A stretch of 64,000 bases of DNA from a bacterium (GCA_031362565.1 JANLSU010000069.1:62419-126418), one strand, 5' to 3'; shown: positions 7,508-18,339, counted from the first letter of the stretch. Translations and numbers: made by a program. Notes: generated from the sequence alone by a model not told the origin.

Positions 7508-10177
7508 TCACTGTTTGAGCGCTCTCGGCCAGTTCTGGATCAATCTTGCGCCGATCTTGCTTGGATCCGCGGCGGGAAGCTCGTTGGTCAGGATTCGCTT
7601 TCCATCGGCGCTGACCGAGTACTCGGCACTCACAACAGTGACACTGACACCGAAGAGGACGTTCGGTGCCCCAAAGGAGAAACGCGCCTCCCCGGTCACG
7701 GGGACAGCGGCGATCGCACTCCCCCTTTCATAGAAGAGCTCACGACCGTCGGGGCGCCAGACTGGGTGTGACGCACGGCCGGGGACGGTATCGCTGGAGA
7801 CGATCCAACGTCCTCCAGCGGTGGGGAACGACTGTACATAGATCTCCTCTTTCCCCGATTCGTACGACGTGAATGCGAGCCATTTTCCGTCGGGCGACAG
7901 GCGGGCGTCCTCGAACCAGTTCCCCGAAAGCAGGGGCACAGCTTGGGCCTTCTGGACGTCGAGTGTCCAGATGTCAGAGCCCTTCGGATTCACCCGGTTG
8001 AAAAACATCAGACGCCCATCGTTCGACCAGTCGGTCAGCTCGATCTGCTCGCCCGCCGAGAACAGCAACCTGGGTTCGCCTTGCCCCGACGCCGGGCCCA
8101 CGTAGATCTCGCCCTTGCCGCTTCGTGAGGACACAAACGCCACCTGGCTGTCGTCCGGCGACCACAGGGGCGTCCTGTCGTCGGCGGGATCGAAGGTGAA
8201 GCGGGTGCGCATGTCGCGCTTCAGATCGTAGATCCAGATGTCACCCGCATCCTGTCCGACCGAGACCGCCATGCGGGTCCCGTCGTGCGAAAGGCGCGGC
8301 TCAAAGTGGCCGGCTGGATCGCTGAGGATCTTCAGGACTTTCCCGTCGCGATCGCGCCATTGGAGCACGGTGCTCGCGGCTCCAGCACCTCGCAAGTGGG
8401 CCAGCACGCCGGACTCCGAAGTGCCGAACTCGGCGCCGCCCCAGGAAACCGCGCCACCAGGAACGTCGGCTGCCAATGGAATCGGATCGCCCGTGAATTG
8501 CAGTTTGGACACGTCGAAAGGATGGGCCATGAGCGTTGATCCGGCGCGGTAGAGAAGATACCCGCGAGCGTAGATCGCCCGCGAATCGGTTTTCCGGAGG
8601 AACCGTACCTCCTTCGAGCCGAGAGAGCCGAGGTAGATGCCGCTGTATTCACTGCCAGGGTTCGTGGTGCTGACAACATAGAATAGGAAGTGCTGCCCAT
8701 CCGGCAGGAAGTGCGGCCACCGGTGCGCAACATCGAAACGATCCTTGTTCAAGGTCGTCAACGGTTCCGGAGTACCACCGCTGGCCGAGACCTTCATCAG
8801 TCCTTCGCTCCACGCCTTCTGGAAGAGGATGATGCCGTCGGCGTTCCATGTGCCACCCCGGCCATCGGTGGCATCACACAGTGGAATCACCGGTCCACCC
8901 TTGGCTTCGATCTTGTTGAGTCTACCGTTGGCGAAGAAGCCAAGCCAACGGCCGTCCGGGGACCAGAACGGGAACGCATCGCCGTCAGCGCCGGCGAGTC
9001 GACGCGGTTCCGGCAAGTCCAGGTCGCAAATCCAGATGCTGTTGGACCCGGCGGCAGTGGACTCATTGCCGGGTCGTGCGATGGCCACGTAGGCGATCTG
9101 GCTTCCATCGGGACTCACGGCGAAAGGCGAAGCCGGTGCAAAATCCCACCCCGCAGGAGGCAGGAGAGTGGACTGGACCAGAGGCTGTATCGGCGCATCC
9201 GTGCGTAGGAAGGCCATCGCGGCGCCCAACGCCGCCAACACCACTACTGCAAGCATCCAAGCCAGCCGTTCGCGTCCCAAACGGGAAGCGCGCTTGGTGG
9301 CGGGTTGCAAGACGGATTCGTCGCTGCGCCCGGCCTTCAGGTCCTCCAACGCAATGCGCGCTTCGGCGATCGCTTGGAGACGGCGCGACACGTCGCGCTC
9401 GAGGCAACGGGTGATGATTCGACGCAGGGCGGGGGGTGTGTTGTGCGGGAGTTGATCCCACGGCACATCGGCGCGCAGGACACCGGCGAGAGTATCGGAA
9501 GCAGTCTCGCCGTCGAAAAGACGTTTGCCTGTGAGCATCTCGAAGAGCACGACGCCATAGGCCCAGATGTCAGCGCGGTAATCGGCGCGCTTGCCGCGGG
9601 CCTGTTCGGGTGACATGTAGGCCGCCGTGCCGAGAATGACACCGGCCTGCGTCATCCCGGTGATGGTGGGGGAGTGTTGCAGATCGGTTCCGGACCCATG
9701 CTCATCCATGTCAATTCGCGCCAAGCCGAAATCGAGGATCTTGAGTTTGCCTTCCGATGAGATCTTGATGTTGGCTGGCTTCAGGTCGCGATGGATGATG
9801 CCGACGGCATGCGCGGCAGCGAGGCCCTCTGCCAGTTGAACGCCCAAGTCGACGACTTCATCGACGGGAATGGAACCCGCCTGCAGGCGCTGGCTCAAAT
9901 CTTCGCCATCGACCAGTTCCATGACGAGGAAGCGGACGTTGTCGGCGCTTTCAAAGCCGTAGATGCTGGCGATGTTGGGATGTTGCAATGTGGCGAGCGT
10001 CCGAGCTTCGCGCTCGAAGCGCGCCAATCGCTCGGGGTCTCTCGACATTTCAGTGGGCAGAACCTTGATGGCGACATCCCGGCCAAGCTTGGTGTCGCGC
10101 GCCCGGTAGACCTCGCCCATACCACCTTTGCCAATCGAGCCGGTGATCTCGTAGTGGGCGAGCCGTTTGCCAATCAA
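7508..10177 (-). CDS. Ser/Thr protein kinase with TM helix and TolB/PD40-like beta-propellers
   Basis: GKGGMGEVY, VAIK, HRDLKPAN, DFGLA, YMSPEQ, DIWAYG and many (W)SPDG repeats. TTG start overlaps the upstream TGA. Confidence 0.95.
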   Translation of the reverse strand: MIGKRLAHYEITGSIGKGGMGEVYRARDTKLGRDVAIKVLPTEMSRDPERLARFEREARTLATLQHPNIASIYGFESADNVRFLVMELVDGEDLSQRLQAGSIPVDEVVDLGVQLAEGLAAAHAVGIIHRDLKPANIKISSEGKLKILDFGLARIDMDEHGSGTDLQHSPTITGMTQAGVILGTAAYMSPEQARGKRADYRADIWAYGVVLFEMLTGKRLFDGETASDTLAGVLRADVPWDQLPHNTPPALRRIITRCLERDVSRRLQAIAEARIALEDLKAGRSDESVLQPATKRASRLGRERLAWMLAVVVLAALGAAMAFLRTDAPIQPLVQSTLLPPAGWDFAPASPFAVSPDGSQIAYVAIARPGNESTAAGSNSIWICDLDLPEPRRLAGADGDAFPFWSPDGRWLGFFANGRLNKIEAKGGPVIPLCDATDGRGGTWNADGIILFQKAWSEGLMKVSASGGTPEPLTTLNKDRFDVAHRWPHFLPDGQHFLFYVVSTTNPGSEYSGIYLGSLGSKEVRFLRKTDSRAIYARGYLLYRAGSTLMAHPFDVSKLQFTGDPIPLAADVPGGAVSWGGAEFGTSESGVLAHLRGAGAASTVLQWRDRDGKVLKILSDPAGHFEPRLSHDGTRMAVSVGQDAGDIWIYDLKRDMRTRFTFDPADDRTPLWSPDDSQVAFVSSRSGKGEIYVGPASGQGEPRLLFSAGEQIELTDWSNDGRLMFFNRVNPKGSDIWTLDVQKAQAVPLLSGNWFEDARLSPDGKWLAFTSYESGKEEIYVQSFPTAGGRWIVSSDTVPGRASHPVWRPDGRELFYERGSAIAAVPVTGEARFSFGAPNVLFGVSVTVVSAEYSVSADGKRILTNELPAADPSKIGARLIQNWPRALKQ

Positions 10178-12840
10178 GGAAGTCTCCGCTCGATCGCTGC
10201 GAGCCAGTTCAACTCGATGGTGATCGACAGTGCCTGCGGCTGCCCCGCGGGCACGGCGGCCAGGATGCGTTCGCCATCCGGGGAGAAATCGACACCCGCG
10301 ACGTCCGAACGCAGCTTGAAGAGTTCACGCGGTGCACCGGCGCGAAACGCGGTGCCCGTCGTCACGTCAGCCGCCATCACGGTGAGTCCATCTCCGGCCA
10401 GGAACATCAACTCCTTGCCGCTGCGCGTCCAGCGCGTGGAGCGGATTTCGGTGCCGCCGCTCGATACCTGGTATTTGGCACCGGGCAAGGGGAAGGACTG
10501 CACGAAGAGCTCCGTGCGCCCGGATTCGTCACAGTGGTACGCCATCCACTTGCCGTCCGGTGAGACCATGCCGCGGCGTTCCTCGAAGCGGGTGTGTACG
10601 AAGGAAGTCGGTTCGTGTTTGCCATCCTGCGACACCAACAGAATGTCCCAGCCGCTGATCGGGTCCGGCCGAGAAAACACGATTGCCGTGCCATCCGCCG
10701 ACCACGAACTCGGCTCCTTGAACAAGGCACCACCGGTGAGCACCGGGATTTCTTCCGACGCGCCGCTCGTGTTTTTCACGAAGATGTCATCGGGACCGAA
10801 ACGATCTGACGCGAACGCGATGCGGCTGCCGTCCGGCGACCATGCGATGGTGTAGTTGGACGACGGTCCGAAAGTGAAGCGCGAGGGTGCCGGTCGATCG
10901 ACATCGATGAGCCAAATGTCACTCGCCGCAACCGCCGACCGCCGCACTGCAGCGACGCGCATGCCGTCCGGAGACAACCGAACTTCTTCATGGCGGCCGG
11001 CAGGCACTGGAATCTCGCCGGCCGGTTTTCCCGTGCGGTCATACCACTGGAGAATCGTATTCGGGAGCCCCATGCCCCAGGACGAGAGCACGCCGTTGTT
11101 CGACGCCGATACGACCGCGGCGCCGGTCCAAGCCGAAGGCGCGGGCGCCTCGCCCAAACTCACTGGTTCACCGCCCGTCGCCAGCCGACCCGTGTCGAAG
11201 CGTTGTGCGACCATCGTCTTGTCGCGCATGTAAATCAAATATCCCGGCTCCGCGTAGATGGGAGCGCTGTTCGCCGTGAGCAGGAGCTTGCGCTCCTTCG
11301 AGTTGATCGAGCCGACGAAGACCTCGAAGTTTCCCAGCGTCGCTGGTAACGCCACGAACAAAAAATGCTCGCCATCAGGAAGGAAAAAGGGCCAGCGGTG
11401 GCCGGTTTCCTTGCGAGCCTCGTCAAGAACAGTGACCGGCACGACTTCGCCACCACCTTCGCTCACGCGATAGAGCGGACCGGCGGACTCGGGAGCGAAG
11501 ACGATGACGCCTTGGCTGCCCCAGCTTGCACCGCGACCAGAACCCACGGCGCAGAGAATCTCCGCCGGGCCACCTGCGATTGGGACCTTCCGGAGTTTGT
11601 TGTTGCCGAAGAACCCAAGGGAGCGACTGTCGGGGGACCAGAAAGGGAGGGATCCGTCTTCTGTTCCCGCCAACGGCTTCGCCCCGAGTGATTCCATCGG
11701 CCGGACCCAAAGCGAAGCTTCCCCCGTTGTCGTCGAGGCCAGCAACGCGAGCGTGCGTCCGTCGGGTGAGATCCTGGCCATCACGCCATCGGGGAGGAGT
11801 GTCGCGTTCGGCAATGAGCCGATCGAAAAGCGGGTCGGTGTTCCTTGCGGCACGGTGGATCGCGTCCGCGTCGCGAGCAACGCCAGTGCCGCAACTGCCA
11901 CTGTGGAGGTGACCGCGACGAGGACCCACGCCACGCGTTCGCGCCCGGAGCGCCGTGTCGCGATGATTGCCGGAGCAGCGGCAGCAGGGGCACTTCCGGG
12001 ATCAGCAATCCAGCGCAGCTCACGCGCCAGGTCGCCGGCGCTTTGCCAGCGCTCGTCGGGATCCTTCGCGAGGCAACTCTTCACGACGCGATCGAGCGCC
12101 GCCGGGGTCGTCGGAACGAACTGCGACACCGGCCGCGGATCTTCCTTCAGAATCGACGCGATGACACTCGCTTGACTCTGGCCTTCGAAGGCGCGCTTGC
12201 CGGTCAGCATTTCGTAGAGCAATGCCCCGAACGCGAAGAGATCGGCGCGATGATCCACCGCCTTGCCCTCGAGCTGTTCGGGAGCCATGTATTGCACCGT
12301 GCCGAGCATGGTGCCCTGCGAGGTCAAGGGTGTCGTCCGCGTTGCGGCATCGACGATCGCTTCGTCGCGCAACTTCGCGACACCGAAATCGAGAACCTTG
12401 GCGCCGGTCTTCGTCACCACGACGTTGGCGGGCTTCAGATCGCGGTGCACGATCCCCTGCTTGTGCGCCGCGGCCAAGGCATCGGCGATTTGGGCGGCGA
12501 TCTTGAGCGCCTCGTCGACCCGCAACGGCCCGTGTTCGAGCCGCGCCGCCAGCGTCTCGCCGTCCAAGAGTTCCATCACGAGGTAGTCCGCATCGCCCTC
12601 GCGACCCACATCGTACAAGGTGCAAATATGCGGATGGTTGAGCGACGAGATCGCGCGCGCCTCGCGTTCGAAGCGCTCGCGCAGGTCGGCGCTGCTCGAA
12701 AGATGTGCCGGCAGGATTTTCACTGCGACGTCGCGTCCAAGACGCGTATCCTTCGCGCGGTACACTTCCCCCATGCCACCCGCGCCGAGCGGCCCGAGGA
12801 TTTCGTAGGGACCCAGACGAGTACCAGGCGTGAGTGACAT
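10174..12840 (-). CDS. Ser/Thr protein kinase with TM helix and TolB/PD40-like beta-propellers
   Basis: MSLTPGTRLGPYEI, GAGGMGEVY, HRDLKPAN, DFGVA, YMAPEQ, DLFAFG and SPDG repeats. Confidence 0.95.
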   Translation of the reverse strand: MSLTPGTRLGPYEILGPLGAGGMGEVYRAKDTRLGRDVAVKILPAHLSSSADLRERFEREARAISSLNHPHICTLYDVGREGDADYLVMELLDGETLAARLEHGPLRVDEALKIAAQIADALAAAHKQGIVHRDLKPANVVVTKTGAKVLDFGVAKLRDEAIVDAATRTTPLTSQGTMLGTVQYMAPEQLEGKAVDHRADLFAFGALLYEMLTGKRAFEGQSQASVIASILKEDPRPVSQFVPTTPAALDRVVKSCLAKDPDERWQSAGDLARELRWIADPGSAPAAAAPAIIATRRSGRERVAWVLVAVTSTVAVAALALLATRTRSTVPQGTPTRFSIGSLPNATLLPDGVMARISPDGRTLALLASTTTGEASLWVRPMESLGAKPLAGTEDGSLPFWSPDSRSLGFFGNNKLRKVPIAGGPAEILCAVGSGRGASWGSQGVIVFAPESAGPLYRVSEGGGEVVPVTVLDEARKETGHRWPFFLPDGEHFLFVALPATLGNFEVFVGSINSKERKLLLTANSAPIYAEPGYLIYMRDKTMVAQRFDTGRLATGGEPVSLGEAPAPSAWTGAAVVSASNNGVLSSWGMGLPNTILQWYDRTGKPAGEIPVPAGRHEEVRLSPDGMRVAAVRRSAVAASDIWLIDVDRPAPSRFTFGPSSNYTIAWSPDGSRIAFASDRFGPDDIFVKNTSGASEEIPVLTGGALFKEPSSWSADGTAIVFSRPDPISGWDILLVSQDGKHEPTSFVHTRFEERRGMVSPDGKWMAYHCDESGRTELFVQSFPLPGAKYQVSSGGTEIRSTRWTRSGKELMFLAGDGLTVMAADVTTGTAFRAGAPRELFKLRSDVAGVDFSPDGERILAAVPAGQPQALSITIELNWLAAIERRLP

Positions 12841-12967
12841 CCGTGCAGTATCACCGAAGCTCGAGGATGCCAACAAGCACAATTCCGGGCGGCGCCGTCG
12901 TCGCCCCGCCGGAGAAGGCCACCTGGGGGGTCAGCGAAGGGCGTTGGCGGCTCGCCGCACTTCATCT

Positions 12968-13651
12968 TCAGTGAAATGGCCGCGTCGGCTTCGAAGCGAG
13001 CGAAGCGCGGCGAATGGCGCGCGTTCTTGGCGGTGTCCATGGCGAGTCCGATGCGGTTCGGTGCGCCGGATCCGCGGCGGAGCGCCGTCCAATCGCGCAA
13101 GTGCGGCGGCAGGGCAAAACACGTGTCGCCGCCGGCCGTCCACGTCCCTTTGTTCTCGTCGTAGACGGCGAGTTGGGTGCGCTTCGGCTGGAGTCATGCA
13201 CTTCGAAGAAAATTGTCGCCGCCGTGATGCCGGCGGACGTCACCGCGTCGGTGACGCGGCCCGTCAACTCGGTGGCGGCCGTCGCCGGAGCGTTGACACT
13301 GATCACTGCCGAACCGTAGATACCCTCGCTCGTCGCCGTAATCGTGGCGACGCCGGGGGAGTTGGGCGTCACGTTGATCGGGTTCCCCTGACCGCCCACA
13401 GCCCCGGGAACCGACACCACCGCCGAGTTCGAGGACGACCAGGTGAAGGAGCGGTTGTCCACGATTCGGTTCGATGCATCGCGCGCCGTCGCCCGCAGCT
13501 GCGTCGTGCCGGCATCGAGCTGGAGCGTCGCGCCAGCGGGATCCGCAGTGACCGCGACGATGCGGGTCGGCGGAGGGGTAGTGGTGCCGTTGCAGTGCGC
13601 CACCAGCAGGGTCATCGAACCCAGGGCGAGAAACAGCCGGCTTCGACGCAT
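12968..13651 (-). CDS. Ig-like (Big_2-type) domain lipoprotein, probably 3'-truncated or chimeric
   Basis: GAAGGG RBS, then MRRSRLFLALGSMTLLVAHC (lipobox-like) and TTQLRATARD...FTWSSSNSAVVSV...GVATITATSEG. Sequence loses protein-like character after ~13190. Confidence 0.6.
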   Translation of the reverse strand: MRRSRLFLALGSMTLLVAHCNGTTTPPPTRIVAVTADPAGATLQLDAGTTQLRATARDASNRIVDNRSFTWSSSNSAVVSVPGAVGGQGNPINVTPNSPGVATITATSEGIYGSAVISVNAPATAATELTGRVTDAVTSAGITAATIFFEVHDSSRSAPNSPSTTRTKGRGRPAATRVLPCRRTCAIGRRSAADPAHRTASDSPWTPPRTRAIRRASLASKPTRPFH

Positions 13652-13701
13652 GACGAGCCCTTCCTTCGGCCGCGATTGTGTACCGGCGGCGCTTGCCGCG
13701 G

Positions 13702-14437
13702 TCATCGAGGCAATCCTACAGCTGGGCGCCGTCTGCTCTCGACTCCGCATGCCTGCACATGGACGAAGTACACACCAGCCGCGGCGCGCTGCCCGTTGGC
13801 GGTCAGCCGGTCCCATAGAAACGTGCGCCCGTTGCCGCCGAGCGTTCGCCGGTCGAGGCGGCGCACGAGACGTCCGCGCACATCGTAGATGGAGGCGCGG
13901 ATGCGCGAACCACACGAGCATGCGACTGCGCGTGCCCTGGACCGTGAACGGGTCGGATGCGATGTCCACCGTGTTGGTGGAATCCGTGTGCAGAAGCCAC
14001 TCGTAACTTCGCGACATCGTGTCCTTCTGAAAATCGTCGGCCAGGAAGAACCACGCAGGTGCCTGCGGCCCCTTGATCACCGCGACCGAGCGCTCGGCGC
14101 GGAGCAAGGAGGTGCCGCCCTCGTAGCCCCGGCTCCAGTCCGTCCCCGGAAACGGTTGGTCCGGGTTGTTGAATGGGCGGTGCGTCTTGTCGGCAGAATC
14201 GAGATCGGCGTGCACGTAGTCGCAGAAAGGGGAGAGCAGCGAGCCCGTGAAGCGGGCGTCGGTCCCGATGGACGCCCCGGCATTGTGCTGTCCGGCATCG
14301 TCGATGAGAATCACATCCCCGGCGTCCGGATCTTGGGATTTGCGGCCATCGAGCCGCACCGCGGTCACCGCACCTTGACAAGCGACGGCATACGGGCCGC
14401 CCGCGTCGCAGATTGGGGGATGATTGGGGCCCGCCAT
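13702..14437 (-). pseudogene. Mosaic remnant: PKD-like fragment, heparinase II/III-like fragment and out-of-frame FlgD-like CTD
   Basis: NHPPICDAGGPY...LDGRKSQDPD, then ILIDDAGQ...FFLADDFQKD...YEWLLHT. Frame change near 13900 leads to ASIYDVRGRLVRRL...WD...AAGVYFV...PR*. Confidence 0.6.
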
Positions 14438-14592
14438 GGCGCGCACGCGTGCGGGTCACGTTGGCGGGACCGTACCACGTTGTCGCACCAATCGCTGCGG
14501 TGTTGTAGGATCTTGGCTAGTCGCGAAGAATCCGGCGGATGTCAGGTTCGGGCTGCAGTCCGAACCTGGTCTCGGCTTGGGGGGGGCAGACA

Positions 14593-17292
14593 ATGTCCGA
14601 TGACGTGACTTCGGCCTCGAGCGGAACGCCCGACGGCGAGCCGACTCTCGCTGCCGATGCGAGCCTCTCTGCCGCCCCACGCCCTGGCCCCACCTCACCG
14701 TCCGGCGCTGCACTCTTGCAACTCGGCCGTTATCGGATCCTGCGCGTCATCGGCGAGGGCGGGATGGGCACGGTCTACGAGGCCGAGCAGGACAAGCCGC
14801 GCCGGACCGTCGCGCTGAAAGTGATCAAGCCCGGCTTCGCCACGGCGTCGCTGCTGCGGCGCTTCGAGCAGGAGTCGCAAGTGCTGGGACGTCTGCAGCA
14901 TCCGGGCATCGCGCAGATCTACGACGCCGGCACCGCCGATGCGGGGCACGGCCTGCAGCCGTACTTCGCGATGGAACTCGTCCGGGGCCAGATGCTCGAC
15001 GAGCACGCGGCCCGGCAAAAGCTCAACCTGCGCCAGCGCCTCGAACTCGTGGCGCGAATCTGCGACGCGGTCGAGCACGCGCACCAAAAAGGCATCGTGC
15101 ACCGCGACTTGAAGCCGGGGAACATCCTGATCGACGAGTCGGGTCAGCCGAAGATCCTCGACTTCGGCGTGGCACGCGCGACGGACTCGGACGTTCAGGC
15201 GACGATGCAAACCGAGATCGGTGCGATCGTCGGCACGCTGCCGTACATGAGCCCGGAGCAGGTCGGAGCTGACCCGACGGAGTTGGACACGCGCAGCGAC
15301 GTCTATGCCCTCGGAGTCATTCTGTACGAGCTGCTCGCCGGCCGCCTGCCGTACGACCTCAAGCAGAAGTCGTTGCCCGAGGTGGCGCGGATCATCCGGG
15401 AGCAGGATCCGAGCCGCCTCAGTTCGGTGAGCCGGACGCTGCGCGGCGATGTGGAGACCATCGCCGCCAAGGCGCTGTCCAAGGAGAGAGAACGCCGCTA
15501 CCAGTCGGCCGCCGAACTGGCCGCGGACATCCGGCGCTACCTGAAGGACGAACCGATCGTGGCTCGTCCTGCGAGCACCGCGTATCAGCTGCGCAAATTC
15601 GCCCGAAGAAACAAGGCGCTCGTTGGAGGAATGGCCGCGGTGTTCGTGGTGCTGGCGATCGGCGTGGTTGTCAGCTTGTTCCAAGCGCTGCGCGCGACCC
15701 GCGCCGAGAAGTTGGCCACATCGAGCCTCGCCGACACACAGGCGGCGCAGACGCTGGCCGAGAGCCGGCAGCGAGAATCCGAGCAAGCGCGCCGCCTGGC
15801 GGAGGAGCGCCGAACGGAGGCCGAAGCACAGAAAGCCGCCGCGGAGCAGGCGCGGGAATCGGAGGCCGAGCAGCGCCGGGCGGCCGAGGCCAGCGCCGAG
15901 CGCGCCAAGCAGGAAACGGCGAAGGCCGAGGCGGTGAATAGGTTCTTGCAGGACATGTTGTCGTCGGCTGATCCAACGCAGATGAAGGGGCGCGACGTGA
16001 CCGTCCGGCAGGTGCTCGACGAGGCGGCGAAGAAGGTCGGTGCGGGATCGCTCGCGAGTCAACCGGAGGTCGACGCCGCAGTGCGTACCACGCTGGGCAC
16101 GACATACGAGACCCTGGGGCTCTATCCCGAGGCCGAGCCGCATCTGCGAGCCGCACTCGAGATCCGGAAGCGGTCACCTGGCGCGGGTCAGGTGGACTTG
16201 GCTTCGAGCCTGAACGGCCTCGCGGTGGTGCTCGAAGACCGAGGCGACCTGGCCGGTGCCGAGCCGTTGCTCCGCGAGGCGCTGGCGATCCGGCGCAAGG
16301 CTCTCGGCGACGAGCACGAGAGCGTGGCCACAAGTCTGAACAACCTCGCGAACCTGCTCAAAGCCCGGCGCGACCTGGCCGGTGCCGAGCCGTTGTACCG
16401 CGAGTCGCTGGCGATCTATCGCAAGGTTCTGGGCGACGAGGACCCGAGCGTGGCGGCGAGCCTGAACAACCTCGCGGCGTTGCTCAAGAGCCGGCGCGAC
16501 CTGGCGGGTGCCGAGCCGCTGTACCGCGAGTCGTTGGCGATCCGGCGCAAGGCTTTGGGCGACGAACACCCGAGCGTGGCCACAAGCCTGAACAACCTCG
16601 CGATGTTGCTCAAGGCCCGGGGCGACCTGGCCGGTGCCGAGCCGTTGATCCGCGAATCTTTGGTGATCTTGCGCAAGGAGCTGGGCGACGAGCACCCGGA
16701 CGTGGCCCGGAGCCTGGATAACCTTGCGGGTGTGCTCCGAGACCGGGGCGATTTGGCCGGTGCCGAGCCGCTGTACCGCGAGTCCCTGGCGATCCGACGC
16801 AAGGCTCTGGGCGATGAGCACCCAGACGTGGCCGATAGCCTGGACGACCTCGCGAGGTTGCTCAAGGCCCGCGGCGACCTGGCCGGTGCCGAGGCGCTGT
16901 CTCGCCAGGCGCTTGCGATCTGGAAGAAAGTACTTCCGGCGCGCGATCCCGAGATTGCTTCCGGCATGGCGAATCTCGGGGACTGCCTCATTCGCCAAGG
17001 CCGCTACGCGGACGCCGAACCGTTGCTCACGGAAGCACTGTCCATTCGCGAGGAAAAGCTACCGGGCCACTGGAGGCGATTCGACACGCGGAGCATGTTG
17101 GGCGAAGCGTTGGCGGGGCAGAAGAAGTTCGTTGAAGCGGAACCACTACTCCTTCAGGGGTACGAGGGCATGAAAGACAGCGCGGCGGCCGAAGCGATTC
17201 TCAAGCGCGACGCCCTCGAGCGCATTGTGCATCTGTACGAGTCGTGGGGCAAACCGGACAAGGCCGCGGCCTGGCGCGTGGCGCTCGAGTAA
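14593..17292 (+). CDS. Ser/Thr protein kinase with TM helix, coiled coil and kinesin-light-chain-like TPR array
   Basis: GEGGMGTVY, HRDLKPGN, DFGVA, YMSPEQ, DVYALG and 42-aa repeats SLNNLA.LLK.RGDLAGAEPLYRESLAI.RK.LGDEHP. Confidence 0.95.
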   Translation: MSDDVTSASSGTPDGEPTLAADASLSAAPRPGPTSPSGAALLQLGRYRILRVIGEGGMGTVYEAEQDKPRRTVALKVIKPGFATASLLRRFEQESQVLGRLQHPGIAQIYDAGTADAGHGLQPYFAMELVRGQMLDEHAARQKLNLRQRLELVARICDAVEHAHQKGIVHRDLKPGNILIDESGQPKILDFGVARATDSDVQATMQTEIGAIVGTLPYMSPEQVGADPTELDTRSDVYALGVILYELLAGRLPYDLKQKSLPEVARIIREQDPSRLSSVSRTLRGDVETIAAKALSKERERRYQSAAELAADIRRYLKDEPIVARPASTAYQLRKFARRNKALVGGMAAVFVVLAIGVVVSLFQALRATRAEKLATSSLADTQAAQTLAESRQRESEQARRLAEERRTEAEAQKAAAEQARESEAEQRRAAEASAERAKQETAKAEAVNRFLQDMLSSADPTQMKGRDVTVRQVLDEAAKKVGAGSLASQPEVDAAVRTTLGTTYETLGLYPEAEPHLRAALEIRKRSPGAGQVDLASSLNGLAVVLEDRGDLAGAEPLLREALAIRRKALGDEHESVATSLNNLANLLKARRDLAGAEPLYRESLAIYRKVLGDEDPSVAASLNNLAALLKSRRDLAGAEPLYRESLAIRRKALGDEHPSVATSLNNLAMLLKARGDLAGAEPLIRESLVILRKELGDEHPDVARSLDNLAGVLRDRGDLAGAEPLYRESLAIRRKALGDEHPDVADSLDDLARLLKARGDLAGAEALSRQALAIWKKVLPARDPEIASGMANLGDCLIRQGRYADAEPLLTEALSIREEKLPGHWRRFDTRSMLGEALAGQKKFVEAEPLLLQGYEGMKDSAAAEAILKRDALERIVHLYESWGKPDKAAAWRVALE
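16207..16962 (+). repeat. Six 126-bp TPR-encoding tandem repeats
   Basis: Units start at 16207, 16333, 16459, 16585, 16711 and 16837. Confidence 0.9.
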
Positions 17293-17354
17293 GACGGAAC
17301 GGGGAACAAAACGGCGGCCACGCTCGCGCGCTCCAACCGATCGCTGCGCGCGGA

Positions 17355-17930
17355 TCAACCCACCGGCTCTGCGCCGGCGGGAATGTGCTCTCGCGCCGCA
17401 TGCCGAAACAACAACGCCGATCCGGTAAACAGCGCGATGAACATTCCATTCACGCCTAGGATCTGGGCGACGGACATGGAGTCCCGGCCCTCGCCTGCAA
17501 TCAGCGCGATCAAGGCGACCAACGCTTGAGCGAGCGCCGTCGCAAACAACGCGCGTGCCATTCCATGTGGCTGGAAGCGCGCGATGAGGGCACCGATGCC
17601 GCCGACGGCGAGCACCCCGCCATACATCAAGTTGGCGGGGTTGTTCTCGGTCCCGATGATGCCAACGGCAAGGTTGATCCAAACGAGGAGGAGTGCCGCC
17701 GCGATCCCGACACCAGCGGCAATGCGGTACGCCGTATTGCCGGCCTTCTTTGCAACGAACTCATACGCGAGAGCAGTGCCGACCAGGAGGGCGCCCGCGA
17801 CAGCGAAATCGAACGGGGACCAGACCACTTCCTCGGTAAACTGCATTGCCACCAAGGGCACCATCAATATGCACGCCGCTACGATCACAATGCGGACGGT
17901 GGGTCGATGCGCGGTCTTTTCCGTCTTCAT
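17355..17930 (-). CDS. Hypothetical integral membrane protein (~6 TM)
   Basis: ILMVPLVAMQFTEEVVWSPFDF...LLLVWINLAVGIIGTENNPANLMY. Start could instead be 17954. Confidence 0.8.
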   Translation of the reverse strand: MKTEKTAHRPTVRIVIVAACILMVPLVAMQFTEEVVWSPFDFAVAGALLVGTALAYEFVAKKAGNTAYRIAAGVGIAAALLLVWINLAVGIIGTENNPANLMYGGVLAVGGIGALIARFQPHGMARALFATALAQALVALIALIAGEGRDSMSVAQILGVNGMFIALFTGSALLFRHAAREHIPAGAEPVG

Positions 17931-18224
17931 CGCTTTCTCTTTCGGTGGAGACATCGTTTTCCGCTCCACGGATGGAGCGGCCGGATGTGAAAAGAACTTT
18001 ATCATGCAAAGAACAGGCCGCGCAAGCCGATTTCCATGGGCGCGTCACGGGTGGTTTCCGGAGGTCGAACCCCACGGTCCAGACAGGCTGAGCCGACGGG
18101 CCGTGCAGGATGCCCAAGCCGCCATCGTCACAGGCCGCTTGTTTCAAGTCTGAGCAAAGCTGTATAACGAACTCAAGATTCTTGGGTTGGCGGCCTCGGT
18201 GCACGAAACCGCAAAGTCACTAAA

Positions 18225-18300
18225 CTGACCTCGCTGGTGGTGAACTATTACCGGCACGACAGCATCCTGCCCCACGTGTTCCGCCAGATCCTCGCCGGAC
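18225..18300 (+). pseudogene. Possible aconitase A C-terminal remnant
   Basis: LTSLVVNYYRHDSILPHVFRQIL resembles the AcnA end motif EVEYYRHGGILPYVLRQL. Confidence 0.4.
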
Positions 18301-18339
18301 CGAGTTGCGCGTCGCGGCGTTGGCCGCGGTGCGTGGCGT

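Noticed and set aside
14695..16143. Long antisense ORFs opposite real genes (also 45114-46604, 47169-48605, 49615-51018, 57945-59072 and others)
   Set aside because: These are shadow ORFs expected from high-GC codon bias. The opposite strand carries clear family motifs.
16207..16962. Diversity-generating retroelement template/variable repeats
   Set aside because: No reverse transcriptase is present, and the differences are not evidently adenine-specific. These are ordinary TPR repeats.
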